Counted from the first letter of the stretch, positions 19,030-29,241 are shown. The stretch is 64,000 nt of DNA from an uncultured Gammaproteobacteria bacterium (GCA_964490105.1 CAZAZU010000001.1:646245-710244); one strand, 5' to 3'. The notes: a model not told the origin generated them from the sequence alone. Made by a program: numbers and translations.

Positions 19030-21318
19030 ATGAACTTACCAAAACTGCCCTTTTTAGAGAAAAAGAATAAATCGGAGTTTTTCCTCTCTCTAGTTCTTCG
19101 TGATGAAAAAGCTAGTGCTGTAGTTTTTCAGGAAATTGACGGGAAAATAAATGTAGTCGGAGAACATGTAGTTAACTTTAAAACATCCGTTGAAGACGCC
19201 TCAGAAGAAGAATTACTTGACGCGATAGATAAAGCGGTTTCAACTGCAGAAAAAAATCTTCCCCCTGACATGGAAAGTCACAAAACTATTTTTGGAGTAA
19301 AACAGGACTGGATAATTGACGGAAAGATTAAACCTGCATATCTAACTAAATTAAAAAAAATAAGCGATGAACTGGAATTTAAGCCAATGGGTTTTCTTGT
19401 AATTCCTGAAGCCATCGCACATCTGCTTCAAAAAGAAGAAGGCGCACCAGTTACTGCGATTCTCGCTGAAATCGGACAAAAAAACGTAACTCTTTCTTTA
19501 ATTAGAGCAGGAAAAATTGTAGAAGCAAAAGGAGCCGCAATCGGCGACTCGCTGGTCGCGACAGTTGAAACAGTTCTTAAGCATTTTTCCGTGGAAAATC
19601 TCCCGCCAAGAATTATTCTGTTTGATAGCGGACGCGAAGATGTCCAGCAAAAATTTATAACTCATAAATGGAGTCAAAGTCTTCACTTTTTACACCTCCC
19701 TCAAGTAAGTGTACTTCCAGCAAATTTTGATGCAAGAGCCGTACTTTCTGGTGCAGCAACTCAGATGGGATTTGAAATATTTGAAGCTTCTCTTACTGAT
19801 GTAGAAAATTCAAACACCAAACATATAAGAGCTGCTGTTCCAATTGTCGAGGAAGAACCAGACAGAACGCTTGCTGAGGCAGCATCTGAATTTGGATTTG
19901 TTGGAGGGGACGTAAAAGATACTAAAGCAGAAGCCAAAACTGAAAAAGATTTACTTGAAACCACAGAAGAATTAGAAATAGAAGATACAGAACCAGTTAA
20001 AGATATTCCAAAAACTGCTGTAATGGATAACATATCTCCCGCAGATCAATTCAGAGAAATTCCAGAAGAAGTAAAAATAAATAGTGCGGAGAAAAAACCG
20101 CTTCCAATAAACGCAGCGCTAATGATGAGTGGCATTATGGGTTTTATTAAAAAAGTACATCCGGGGAAAATATTAAAAGGAGCAAATGGATCACGCAAAA
20201 AACTCATAATTGGAATTATTCCGCTCGCCATAATTCTTCTTTTCCTCTACATTTATCTTTTTGGCAGGAGTGCGACAGTTACTTTAGGAATTGATGCCAG
20301 AGAAGAGGATGAGGAAGTAAATGTAACATTCTCTGAATCTGAAGCGACAAGCGCTTCGGATAATGTTATAAATGCGGAGTTTATAACTGTTACAGCTGAT
20401 GGTAAAAAATCTATCGCTACCACAGGTAAAAAAGAAATCGGAGATAAAGCGAAAGGAACTGTAACATTATTTAACAGCAATACCTCAGGAGTTACGATTC
20501 CAACAGGCACCGTAATAACATCTCCAAATGATCTTAAATTCGTTACAGATAAGGCGGTCACAATTGCCTCCGCCTCAGGCGATATTTTCTCAGGAACTGA
20601 GCCCGGGAAAGCAGATGTAACTGTAACTGCTGAGAAATTTGGTACAAGTCAAAATCTCCCAAGCAATACTAAATTCACAGTCGAGGGAAGTAGCTCAGTT
20701 GCTGCAAAAAATGATAAAGCATTTTCAGGAGGAACTAAAAAAGAGGTAAAAGTTGTCGCGAAAAAAGATCAGGATAAATTACTCGCGGAACTTCAGAAAG
20801 ATTTAGAAACTGAAGCAAAAGAGCAAATTCAAAAAAAAGCAGAAAATGGATCTGTAGTATTACCAAACTTTATCTCAGTCGAATATGATAAAAAAACCTT
20901 CAGTAAAGACGTTGATGATGAAGCAACAGAAATCAGTCTAACCGGAACAATAAGCTATAAAGGGGTTTCGTACAAAGAAGAGGATATTCTAAAATTTGCT
21001 AAAGACAAACTTGAGACCAGCAGTGACTTAGAAGTAGATAAAGATAGCATAGAAGCAAGTGCAGCCAATCTAAAAGCAAAAGGAAATAATGCTACTGGAA
21101 AACTTACCATAAAAGCTAATCTGGTTCCAAAAATTGACTCAAAGGAAATTGCTAAGGAGATAAAAGGAAAATCTACGAAGGATGCTATTGAGAAACTAAA
21201 TGAAATAGATGAGGTAAATAAAGTAGATATAAAATTATTCCCGCCTATCCCCTTTCTCCCACAGCGTATTCCGTTCTCCTCGGGAAAGATAAAAATAATG
21301 ACAGAAAAAAATGGGTAA
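19030..21318 (+). CDS. Membrane protein: possible FtsA/actin-like N-terminus, acidic linker, TM, baseplate-J-like extracellular region
   Basis: AKGTVTLFN...IPTGT...VTA..G...N.P...GG pattern of baseplate J-like domains; TM near residue 400. Confidence 0.6.
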   Translation: MNLPKLPFLEKKNKSEFFLSLVLRDEKASAVVFQEIDGKINVVGEHVVNFKTSVEDASEEELLDAIDKAVSTAEKNLPPDMESHKTIFGVKQDWIIDGKIKPAYLTKLKKISDELEFKPMGFLVIPEAIAHLLQKEEGAPVTAILAEIGQKNVTLSLIRAGKIVEAKGAAIGDSLVATVETVLKHFSVENLPPRIILFDSGREDVQQKFITHKWSQSLHFLHLPQVSVLPANFDARAVLSGAATQMGFEIFEASLTDVENSNTKHIRAAVPIVEEEPDRTLAEAASEFGFVGGDVKDTKAEAKTEKDLLETTEELEIEDTEPVKDIPKTAVMDNISPADQFREIPEEVKINSAEKKPLPINAALMMSGIMGFIKKVHPGKILKGANGSRKKLIIGIIPLAIILLFLYIYLFGRSATVTLGIDAREEDEEVNVTFSESEATSASDNVINAEFITVTADGKKSIATTGKKEIGDKAKGTVTLFNSNTSGVTIPTGTVITSPNDLKFVTDKAVTIASASGDIFSGTEPGKADVTVTAEKFGTSQNLPSNTKFTVEGSSSVAAKNDKAFSGGTKKEVKVVAKKDQDKLLAELQKDLETEAKEQIQKKAENGSVVLPNFISVEYDKKTFSKDVDDEATEISLTGTISYKGVSYKEEDILKFAKDKLETSSDLEVDKDSIEASAANLKAKGNNATGKLTIKANLVPKIDSKEIAKEIKGKSTKDAIEKLNEIDEVNKVDIKLFPPIPFLPQRIPFSSGKIKIMTEKNG

Positions 21319-22027
21319 AATTTATTACAAAGGAAAAAATAGAAATTATAAAATATTATTTAAACTTGGAAGCATCGGCGTAATAATATTCGGGGCAATT
21401 TTATTTGCATATACTTTTTTCCCTCTTCTCTCCTGGCATATTTATTTTGCACCGGCATTTGCATCTCAAAAAATACAAGCCCCGATTCCTAACCAAACAG
21501 TAATTAGCCCCACAAATATAGGAACTCTTCTTGAAAATGCGGCTAGTTCTATAAATAGAGATTATACAAATGCTTACAACTGGTATCCCGATGCTCAGGC
21601 TCAGAAATCAAGCAATGTAGCAACTTACAAAATATCCTTTCCTAAAATAGGAATTACTGATGCAGAAGTCTCTAACAAGGACACGGATTTAACCCGCCAC
21701 ATGGTTCAATTTAATTCTGATACGTTACCTGGAAAAGACGGAAATTCTGTAATCTTCGGCCATTCAACACTTCCTCAGCTTTATAATCCAAAAGACTACA
21801 AAACTGTTCTCGCAAACGCATATAAATTAGAGGTTGGGGATCAAATAATTACTGAGATTAATGGAAAAAAGCATAACTATAAAATTATAAGTATTACAGT
21901 AGTAGAGCCCACTGACACTTCCGTTTTAGCGCAAAATTTTACAGACAGTTTTTTAACAATTATTACCTGCACTCCTCCCGGAACAATTTGGAAAAGATTA
22001 ATTATTAAAGCGAGGATTCAAAAATAA
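21311..22027 (+). CDS. Sortase
   Basis: N-terminal TM, GNSVIFGHS, LTIITCTPPG..W.R (His/Cys/Arg triad). Confidence 0.9.
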   Translation: MGKIYYKGKNRNYKILFKLGSIGVIIFGAILFAYTFFPLLSWHIYFAPAFASQKIQAPIPNQTVISPTNIGTLLENAASSINRDYTNAYNWYPDAQAQKSSNVATYKISFPKIGITDAEVSNKDTDLTRHMVQFNSDTLPGKDGNSVIFGHSTLPQLYNPKDYKTVLANAYKLEVGDQIITEINGKKHNYKIISITVVEPTDTSVLAQNFTDSFLTIITCTPPGTIWKRLIIKARIQK

Positions 22028-22028
22028 T

Positions 22029-22169
22029 ATGGAAAGAGTAGGAATTCAAAGATTCTTGTATAACATTTGGCCGACAATTTACAAAGTCGTAAATAATACT
22101 TTTTTTGCGGCTTTAAAATTTCTTAAAAACTTAGTTAGACTCATGATAAACCAAATTAAGCATGGATGA
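22029..22169 (+). CDS. Small 46-aa protein not in ORF track
   Basis: MERVGIQRFLYNIWPTIYKVVNNTFFAALKFLKNLVRLMINQIKHG; fills the gap between sortase and phosphorylase. Confidence 0.6.
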   Translation: MERVGIQRFLYNIWPTIYKVVNNTFFAALKFLKNLVRLMINQIKHG

Positions 22170-23436
22170 AAAAGAGCAGGCAATAGCCGCCATAAGAAAA
22201 AAACTTGTTGGAAAAGACCTTAATTATAAGGAAATTTTTGCCATCATGGACCAAATCTCCAAAGAAAAACTGGGAGATGTTTTAACGACTTATTTCGCAG
22301 CTTCTGGATTTTCAAAGGGCTTTTCAGACGATGAAATTTATTATCTAACTAAAGCGATGATTGAGACCGGAGAAAAACTAAATTTCTCAGGAATTGTTGC
22401 GGACAAACACTCAATCGGAGGAGTTCCTGGAACTAGAACTACTATGATAGTAGTTCCCATCGTCGCAGCAGCAGGTTTTAAGATACCCAAGAGCTCTTCA
22501 CGCGCTATTACTACTCCAGGCGGAACAGCTGATGATTTTGAAATTTTAGCACCAGTAAACCTGAGCAAACAAAAAATTTATGCGACAGTTAAAAAAACTA
22601 ATGGATGTATAGTTTGGGGTGGAAGTTTTAATATAGCGCCAGCTGACGACGTAATTATAAAAGTAGAGGAAGTTCTTCTTTTTGAATCTTTCGATAAAAT
22701 TCTTATCTCAATCATGGCAAAAAAAGTAGCTTTTGGAAGTAATCACGTAGTAATTGATATTCCGTATGGTGAGTCTGTAAAGGTACATAATGTTAATGAC
22801 GCAAAGCTTCTTAAGAGAAAATTCATCGAGCTTGCGAAAAAATTTGATGTCAAAATAGAAGTTTTAATTCATAAGACTGATGAACCAGCTGGGCGTGGTA
22901 TCGGTCCAGTTCTTGAGACTAAAGAATCACTATTAGTTCTTGAACAGGATCCAAAAAGAGCGCCGGATCTAGAAGCAAGAAGTATAAATCTAGCAGGAAG
23001 TCTTTTGGAACTTTGTCTTGCGAGCAGCCCGGCAGCATTTAGAAACAAAATAATTAAAGAACATAAAAATGGATTTAATTGGGCGCTTCATATTCTCCTC
23101 TCAGGTCTTGCGCTGTCAAAATTCAAGCAAATTATAAAAGCACAAGGCGGAGACGCAAATGTAACAAGTAAAGACTTAAAACCTGGTAAACATAAATTCG
23201 AATACGTTGCCCCAAAAAATTGTGAAATTGCAGGCTTTAACATAAAAAATCTTACAATGATAACTAGAATTCTTGGCGCTCCCGATATGAAATCAGCAGG
23301 CATTTATTTAAATAAGAAAATTGGAGAGAAAGCTCGCAAGAACGAGCCAATCTGTACTTTTTACTCCGATTCTGTGTATAATCTTAAAGAAGGAAAAGAG
23401 TCATTAGAAAACTTCCCTTTAGTAAAGTTTAAATGA
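22162..23436 (+). CDS. AMP phosphorylase / thymidine phosphorylase family (archaeal-type)
   Basis: DKHSIGGVPG.RTT, PKSSSRAIT.PGGTAD, WGG...APADD, SIMAKK. Confidence 0.85.
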   Translation: MDEKEQAIAAIRKKLVGKDLNYKEIFAIMDQISKEKLGDVLTTYFAASGFSKGFSDDEIYYLTKAMIETGEKLNFSGIVADKHSIGGVPGTRTTMIVVPIVAAAGFKIPKSSSRAITTPGGTADDFEILAPVNLSKQKIYATVKKTNGCIVWGGSFNIAPADDVIIKVEEVLLFESFDKILISIMAKKVAFGSNHVVIDIPYGESVKVHNVNDAKLLKRKFIELAKKFDVKIEVLIHKTDEPAGRGIGPVLETKESLLVLEQDPKRAPDLEARSINLAGSLLELCLASSPAAFRNKIIKEHKNGFNWALHILLSGLALSKFKQIIKAQGGDANVTSKDLKPGKHKFEYVAPKNCEIAGFNIKNLTMITRILGAPDMKSAGIYLNKKIGEKARKNEPICTFYSDSVYNLKEGKESLENFPLVKFK

Positions 23437-24389
23437 AGAGAATTTATATAACGGTTGCTATCCTCGCAGTACTTATTATTCTTTCTCTTGGCTGGTGGCT
23501 AAGAGGAACTTCCCCAGCAAACTCCAAAGACAATACTCCTAAAATATTTATAGTTGAGCAGGGTGAAGGTGTTAGATCAATTGCAAGAAACCTTAAAGAA
23601 CAGGGATTAATAAAAGACCCTACTGCATTTTTTCTTTTAACCAAACAAACAGGGCTTGATAGTAAAATCCAGGCAGGGAGCTTTAGATTAAATCCATCTA
23701 TGACAGCGCGTGAAGTAGCACAGGCTCTAACTGTGGGCACTGAAGACATTTGGATCACAGTTCCTGAAGGTCAAAGAGCTGGTGAAATAGCCGATACTCT
23801 GGAAAAAATCATGCCTAATTATGATGCCTCCTGGGAGGATGTTTTAGAAAAAAATGAAGGATATTTATTCCCTGATACTTATCTTTTACCAAAAGATGCA
23901 GATGTAGATGCGGTAGTAAAAATTATGAGAGATAATTTCGATTCTAAATATGCAACCTTAGATACTTCAAAAGTTAATCTAACAGAAAATCAAATAGTAA
24001 CTCTTGCTTCTCTAATCGAGCGCGAGGCAAGACACGCCGAAGATAGACCAATTGTTTCAAGTGTTATTCATAACAGATTAGACATTGGAATGAAGCTTGA
24101 TATCGATGCAACTCTTCAATACATAAAGGGTTACGATAATGCTTCGAAAAGATGGTGGCCAAATAATATAACTAATGAGGACAAACAATCTGCTTCTCTT
24201 TATAACACCTACGGAAGGGCAGGACTTCCTCCAGGACCGATTGCAAACCCAGGACTCTTAAGCCTTCAAGCTGCTGTTAACCCTGACGATACACCATATT
24301 TTTACTATATTACTGATAAAAACGGTGTTAATAGATATGCAGAAACTCTGGACGAACACGAGGAAAATATCTCTACCTACGGCCTCTAA
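23433..24389 (+). CDS. mltG: Endolytic transglycosylase MltG
   Basis: EGYLFPDTY, LASLIERE, NRL..GM.L..DAT, YNTY...GLPPGPI.NPG. Confidence 0.93.
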   Translation: MKRIYITVAILAVLIILSLGWWLRGTSPANSKDNTPKIFIVEQGEGVRSIARNLKEQGLIKDPTAFFLLTKQTGLDSKIQAGSFRLNPSMTAREVAQALTVGTEDIWITVPEGQRAGEIADTLEKIMPNYDASWEDVLEKNEGYLFPDTYLLPKDADVDAVVKIMRDNFDSKYATLDTSKVNLTENQIVTLASLIEREARHAEDRPIVSSVIHNRLDIGMKLDIDATLQYIKGYDNASKRWWPNNITNEDKQSASLYNTYGRAGLPPGPIANPGLLSLQAAVNPDDTPYFYYITDKNGVNRYAETLDEHEENISTYGL

Positions 24390-24700
24390 TTCTTTGCGGT
24401 TTTGCGGAAAAATCTTTTAGAAGAACTCTTAGATTCTTGACCATTTCCTGCTACAGTTTCAATTACGATCGAATCACCTAAGTCTTCTATTTTCTCTTCT
24501 ACTTTTTTTAGCTGAACCTTTGTTTCTCTTCTTGCATCATTTTCAAGTTCTTTTGCTACTTCTCCCAAACCAGCAAGGCCATCTTCAGTAATAGTTTTTA
24601 AAATTTTATTTCCTTTTTTTGTGCCGAGCAGAAATACAGCGGCTCCTCCAATGAGCATGCCTAAAAGTATTCCGTCTGAAAATCTTCCATGATTACCCAT
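24386..24700 (-). CDS. YtxH-like protein
   Basis: F..G.LLG.LIGGAA.FLL...KG pattern. Confidence 0.7.
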   Translation of the reverse strand: MGNHGRFSDGILLGMLIGGAAVFLLGTKKGNKILKTITEDGLAGLGEVAKELENDARRETKVQLKKVEEKIEDLGDSIVIETVAGNGQESKSSSKRFFRKTAKN

Positions 24701-24971
24701 TTTTCTTTTCCTCCTTATCGTCCGAAACCTTTTTTATAATTGATGCTATTGTCCCTCCAGCTTTAAGACCCATTAGAATTGATGAGATACTTGTTAGAGG
24801 CTGGGAAACACTCTGAGTGATGTCTCCGGTATTATCTAGAACTTTATTTGCCTTAGTAATTGTTTTTCGAAGATCTTTTAGAATAAAGAACACTTGAATT
24901 CCCAAGACTAAAAGAAGAAGCGTGAGAATTATGATAACGATAAATAATAATATTTGGGCAGGATCGGTCAT
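24693..24971 (-). CDS. DUF948-like membrane protein
   Basis: N-terminal TM + coiled region; overlaps YtxH-like gene. Confidence 0.6.
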   Translation of the reverse strand: MTDPAQILLFIVIIILTLLLLVLGIQVFFILKDLRKTITKANKVLDNTGDITQSVSQPLTSISSILMGLKAGGTIASIIKKVSDDKEEKKNG

Positions 24972-25025
24972 AGTACTAATTAACTTATATCATTGAATTC
25001 TAGGTGTCAAGATATATTCACTATA

Positions 25026-25667
25026 TCAATCACCTAACTTAATATTAATCTTTCGCTCTAGTGTTGTAGTTCTGCCAAATTTATTCTCTACTTGAAACGT
25101 AAGAGAAGTAGATCCCGGAAAAACTGTAATCTGTTTATTAAAACTCCCGTCCGAATTTATCGTAACTTGTTCATTCTCGACCATAAGAATTCCATTCGGA
25201 TCAGTTTTTCCCTTCACTTCAATATTTAGTGAAGATAATGTTTGACCTTCCTGAGGTGAGTCTACATCCAAACCCGGGTTAAACACTGCAGCTCTATATT
25301 GAAAAAATAGAAAAGCTGAAATTATTAAAAACACAGCAGCCACCAGAAGTGCGCTTTTTCCGATCTTAAATCTAGGGAGAGTAAAATCCGAAGAATTAGT
25401 TAGTCCTCTTGGTAACACCTCAACCGCTTTCTTTCCGTCAAATTCGCGCCTAAATATTGCAAGACTTTTTTCAACCGGTAAACCTAAAAATTCTGCATAA
25501 TTTCTAACAAATCCATAAGCGTAAGCAGGGGAAGGGAGTTTTTTGTAATCCCCTCTTTCTATCGCACTCAAGAATTCAGCTCTAATTTTTGTAGCACGCG
25601 AAACCTCTTCAATGGATAGATTTTGATTTTTTCGTTCCTCCTGGAACTGTATTCCTATACTAATCAT
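25026..25667 (-). CDS. RodZ-like HTH-TM-Ig-like protein
   Basis: TKIR..FL.AIE.G....LP...YA.GFVRNYA..LGL; follows ftsK; start moved to 25667. Confidence 0.8.
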   Translation of the reverse strand: MISIGIQFQEERKNQNLSIEEVSRATKIRAEFLSAIERGDYKKLPSPAYAYGFVRNYAEFLGLPVEKSLAIFRREFDGKKAVEVLPRGLTNSSDFTLPRFKIGKSALLVAAVFLIISAFLFFQYRAAVFNPGLDVDSPQEGQTLSSLNIEVKGKTDPNGILMVENEQVTINSDGSFNKQITVFPGSTSLTFQVENKFGRTTTLERKINIKLGD

Positions 25668-25674
25668 ATTTAAA

Positions 25675-27768
25675 TTACTCGCTTTGAGGCTCACCAAGGA
25701 TTTGTGAAGGATCTTTTATTAAAACGTCTCTTGGCTTACTTCCTTCAGCTCTTCCAACAATTCCTGCAGCCTCCAGCTGATCTAAAATTCTTGCAGCTCT
25801 AGAATACCCTATTGAAAGACGGCGCTGTAAGAGTGAGGCCGAAGCTTTATCATATTCACAAATAACTCTAACTGCTTCTGCAAATACCGGATCTTTCCCG
25901 TCAGCTCCAGATGTTCCAATACTCCCCTTAGGAGTATAAGGTGTGGAGATAATTTCTTCGGTGTACTCAACAGCTGGAGATTTAGATTTAAGGAATTCCA
26001 CTAATTTCTTAACTTCTTTATCTGAAACAAATGCCCCCTGAATACGAGTAGGTTTTGCCTGGTCTGGAGGAATATATAACATGTCTCCTCGTCCCAAAAG
26101 CTTCTCAGCACCAGGTCCGTCAATAATAACGCGAGAGTCAATCATAGATGACACATTAAATGCGATTCTACATGGAACATTTGCTTTAATTAAACCGGTA
26201 ATAACATCAACCGATGGACGCTGTGTCGCAATTACCAGATGTATTCCAGTAGCTCTAGCCATCTGCGCAAGACGGGCAATTGTATCTTCAACCTCAACTG
26301 GCGCAAACATCATAAGATCAGCTAACTCGTCGATGAAAATAATAATATATGGAAGGGCCTGGAATCCTGCAAGCTCATTATATCCGTCTATATTCCTAAC
26401 TCCTCGCTCAGCAAAAGTTTTATACCTTCTATCCATCTCATTTGTGGCCCATTTAAGAGCTGAAAGAATTTTCTCAACCTCTACTATAACTGGCACCATA
26501 AGATGAGGAATTCCATTATATCCTGTTAACTCAACGCGCTTTGGATCGATAAGAATTAATTTTACTTCTTCTGGACTTGCGCGGAAAAGCAGGGAAGTGA
26601 TAAATGAATTTACGAGTACTGATTTTCCGGATCCGGTAGTTCCAGCTACAAGTACGTGAGGCATTTTCCCTATATCCGCAATCAGAGGATTTCCGGAAAC
26701 ATCAAGTCCAAGTGAAACTGATAATTTAGACTTAGATTTTCTCATTAAGTCTGACGAGAGCATTGTTCTAAGTGTTACAACTTCCAAAGATTTATTTGGA
26801 ATTTCAATACCAACTAAATTTCTGCCTGGAATTGGAGCCTCAATTCTAATTTGTCCGGTCGGAGCCTGCGTATTAAGCGCTAAATCGTTTGCAAGCGAAG
26901 TAATTTTAGAGACTTTTGTTCCAAGTGCAATTTCTAAAGCATACTGTGTAACAGCAGGACCCAAGTTTACTTCTACGACCTTTGCAATAATTCCAAAACT
27001 CTGAAGTGTCTCTTCGATCTTTGCAGCGGTAGCTTTAACATCTCCTCTATCAGCTTTTCCTCCTCCGCCATCTTCAAGAAGATCAAGCGGCGGATATTCC
27101 CAAATTAGCCCTGATGACAATGTATTTGAAACTAATTTTTCTGTAATAAGCGCTTCATCTTTCTTAACAGAATTACTTACAATCGCCGGCCCGTTTTTAT
27201 TAAAGCTTGAATCTTTAATAGTCATTTGTTTGTTAAGAAGTGGATCCTTTTGTTTTTTCAAAAATGAAGTTGGAACCACTTTTCCGCCTGTCTTTCTAAA
27301 TGCAGACAGGCCTTTTAGAATTTCATCTACTGAAGTATCAAAAAGAACGACCAAACCAATAAATATTCCTGCTAGAAAAACTAAAAGAGTTCCAATTGGA
27401 GTAATAACATCTGAAATATTCCCAAACATTAATTGACCTATGTATCCTGAACGAAACAAAACTACTGCTGATCCATAAAGGATCAAAAAGCCAATTGCCA
27501 CATTTGGACGGGAGAGTGCAAATTTAGTTTTAAAGAAAAGAAATCCAAATAAAATAAACACAAATCCCAGGAAAAATGAAAAAGGCCCAAAATACTGTCT
27601 TATAAAAGTATTTATGTAAATAAAGGTGTCTCCGGAATTACTAAATGAAAGAAGAAGCAAGAGTCCGGCAACGATCTGACCGAGAGCAAAAATAGTATAA
27701 ACTGTCTTAGTCTTAAGCTTTATTTTGAATTTTCCACGCTTACCATAAGCCCCACGTTTTCTGGCCAT
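25675..27768 (-). CDS. ftsK: DNA translocase FtsK/SpoIIIE
   Basis: TM N-terminus, PHVLVAGTTGSGKS, DELADLM, ATQRPS, gamma domain SLLQRRL. Confidence 0.96.
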   Translation of the reverse strand: MARKRGAYGKRGKFKIKLKTKTVYTIFALGQIVAGLLLLLSFSNSGDTFIYINTFIRQYFGPFSFFLGFVFILFGFLFFKTKFALSRPNVAIGFLILYGSAVVLFRSGYIGQLMFGNISDVITPIGTLLVFLAGIFIGLVVLFDTSVDEILKGLSAFRKTGGKVVPTSFLKKQKDPLLNKQMTIKDSSFNKNGPAIVSNSVKKDEALITEKLVSNTLSSGLIWEYPPLDLLEDGGGGKADRGDVKATAAKIEETLQSFGIIAKVVEVNLGPAVTQYALEIALGTKVSKITSLANDLALNTQAPTGQIRIEAPIPGRNLVGIEIPNKSLEVVTLRTMLSSDLMRKSKSKLSVSLGLDVSGNPLIADIGKMPHVLVAGTTGSGKSVLVNSFITSLLFRASPEEVKLILIDPKRVELTGYNGIPHLMVPVIVEVEKILSALKWATNEMDRRYKTFAERGVRNIDGYNELAGFQALPYIIIFIDELADLMMFAPVEVEDTIARLAQMARATGIHLVIATQRPSVDVITGLIKANVPCRIAFNVSSMIDSRVIIDGPGAEKLLGRGDMLYIPPDQAKPTRIQGAFVSDKEVKKLVEFLKSKSPAVEYTEEIISTPYTPKGSIGTSGADGKDPVFAEAVRVICEYDKASASLLQRRLSIGYSRAARILDQLEAAGIVGRAEGSKPRDVLIKDPSQILGEPQSE

Positions 27769-27807
27769 AATTAGTCTATTATAACGGGATGTTTCTAGCG
27801 GTGCAAA

Positions 27808-28890
27808 CTAAACTCTCTCTGCCGTAGATAGATGAATTCCCTTCGTAGTAATCGTGGCTGTTGAACGAGGAGCATGACCATTATCACTATCCATTACGCC
27901 TTCCACACCGAGCATCGGCTCGTAAGTAACGGCTGTAAAATTAACAAATGTATGATCCCTATTACCTGGAACCAATTTATTTAAACCCATTTGTTCTGGA
28001 TATTTTTCCATAAGTTCTGGATGCTCCTTGCTCCAAACCTTCATTAAAGCTTCTCCACCTAAAACCTCGGCGGCAGCGGCTGTGATAACACCCTCCTCAG
28101 CTCCTCCAATTCCATTTAGGATGGTAGGATTATCAGGATTTGTCATAGCAGCTGCTGCAATTCCCGCAGCTAAATCTCCTGCACCAATAGGAACATATCC
28201 AGCACCATATCTTCTAATTCTCCTTACCATCTCCTCGTGCCTTGGCCTCCAAAGCGCAATTACGTCAATCTCATCAGGCCTAACATTAAAAACATCTCTT
28301 AGAACATCAAGTCTATCTTCAATTTCCATATCCAAACTTATTTTCCCTTTTACCTCAGCGGGACCGACAAATTTATCAAGATACTCAACTCCCTCAGGCG
28401 GAGTCCATAAACCTCCGGGAGTACTCCCTGCCATAACCACAATTGCGCCCTCTTTTCTATCTATTGCTGCTTTACTATTTTCTACCGGATCATTAACTAT
28501 TGTTACTTGACGTTTTCCGTTACCAAAATTACCCACAACAGTTTTTGCTCCATCCCAAATTCCTTCACCAGCAACACTATTCCAGGTAAATTTACGGGTT
28601 AAACTAAGTCTGCCTCGCAAAGAATCAGCAGCAAAATTATCCATCGCAGTTATTTCTGCATCTCTCTGGTCCACTGAAGGAATAGATCTTCCTCTCAAAT
28701 AATCTCCAACTGCATATGCTACATGTGCAGTTACCAAACTTGCTTCGCGTATTGCTTCATCCAAGGGAACGTGCTCTGCAATTTCAGGTCTCCTCATCTG
28801 CATAACATGTATTGGGCCATCTGGCCTTACTCTTCTTGCAATAGAACCAACTTGAGGAACGCCTTTGCCGGCGCTGGTTTCTGGAGGCAT
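27808..28890 (-). CDS. Divergent class II fructose-1,6-bisphosphatase (GlpX-like)
   Basis: GEG, DPVE, RPRH, GD, GIGG.EGVITAAA..LGG align with GlpX motifs, several substituted. Confidence 0.7.
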   Translation of the reverse strand: MPPETSAGKGVPQVGSIARRVRPDGPIHVMQMRRPEIAEHVPLDEAIREASLVTAHVAYAVGDYLRGRSIPSVDQRDAEITAMDNFAADSLRGRLSLTRKFTWNSVAGEGIWDGAKTVVGNFGNGKRQVTIVNDPVENSKAAIDRKEGAIVVMAGSTPGGLWTPPEGVEYLDKFVGPAEVKGKISLDMEIEDRLDVLRDVFNVRPDEIDVIALWRPRHEEMVRRIRRYGAGYVPIGAGDLAAGIAAAAMTNPDNPTILNGIGGAEEGVITAAAAEVLGGEALMKVWSKEHPELMEKYPEQMGLNKLVPGNRDHTFVNFTAVTYEPMLGVEGVMDSDNGHAPRSTATITTKGIHLSTAERV

Positions 28891-28893
28891 AAA

Positions 28894-29190
28894 TTAAATC
28901 CTTACTTCTCCTAATGGGGCTTCAAAAACTGGAACTGGTGCGAAAGATTGTACTCCTACAGGCGCAGGTTCTCCGATTCGAGTGCCTGCTTGTCCTATTC
29001 CACTACCTGCTCTAAGTTCTGGTGCTGGACGACCTAAAAAGGCTTGTGCATCTAATTTTAATCTCGTAGAACCACTTTCTCCAGTAACTCGTTTAACAAC
29101 ATGCTCACTTGAAAGCTGAACTGGTAAACTAGATTGTGGAGCTCTCCATGCTTCCGCTCCTGCTGGCCTTGGTGTTAATTGATCAACCAT
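28894..29190 (-). CDS. Small Pro/Gly-rich hypothetical protein
   Basis: 98 aa; co-oriented, 3 nt before GlpX-like gene. Confidence 0.6.
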   Translation of the reverse strand: MVDQLTPRPAGAEAWRAPQSSLPVQLSSEHVVKRVTGESGSTRLKLDAQAFLGRPAPELRAGSGIGQAGTRIGEPAPVGVQSFAPVPVFEAPLGEVRI

Positions 29191-29241
29191 TACACTATAA
29201 TAAATCAGAAATTAAACACTGGCTTGATTTTTTTCCGATCT

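Noticed and set aside
19030-21318. Prophage suggested by baseplate-like domain
   Set aside because: No integrase, terminase, capsid or tail genes; embedded in a core operon
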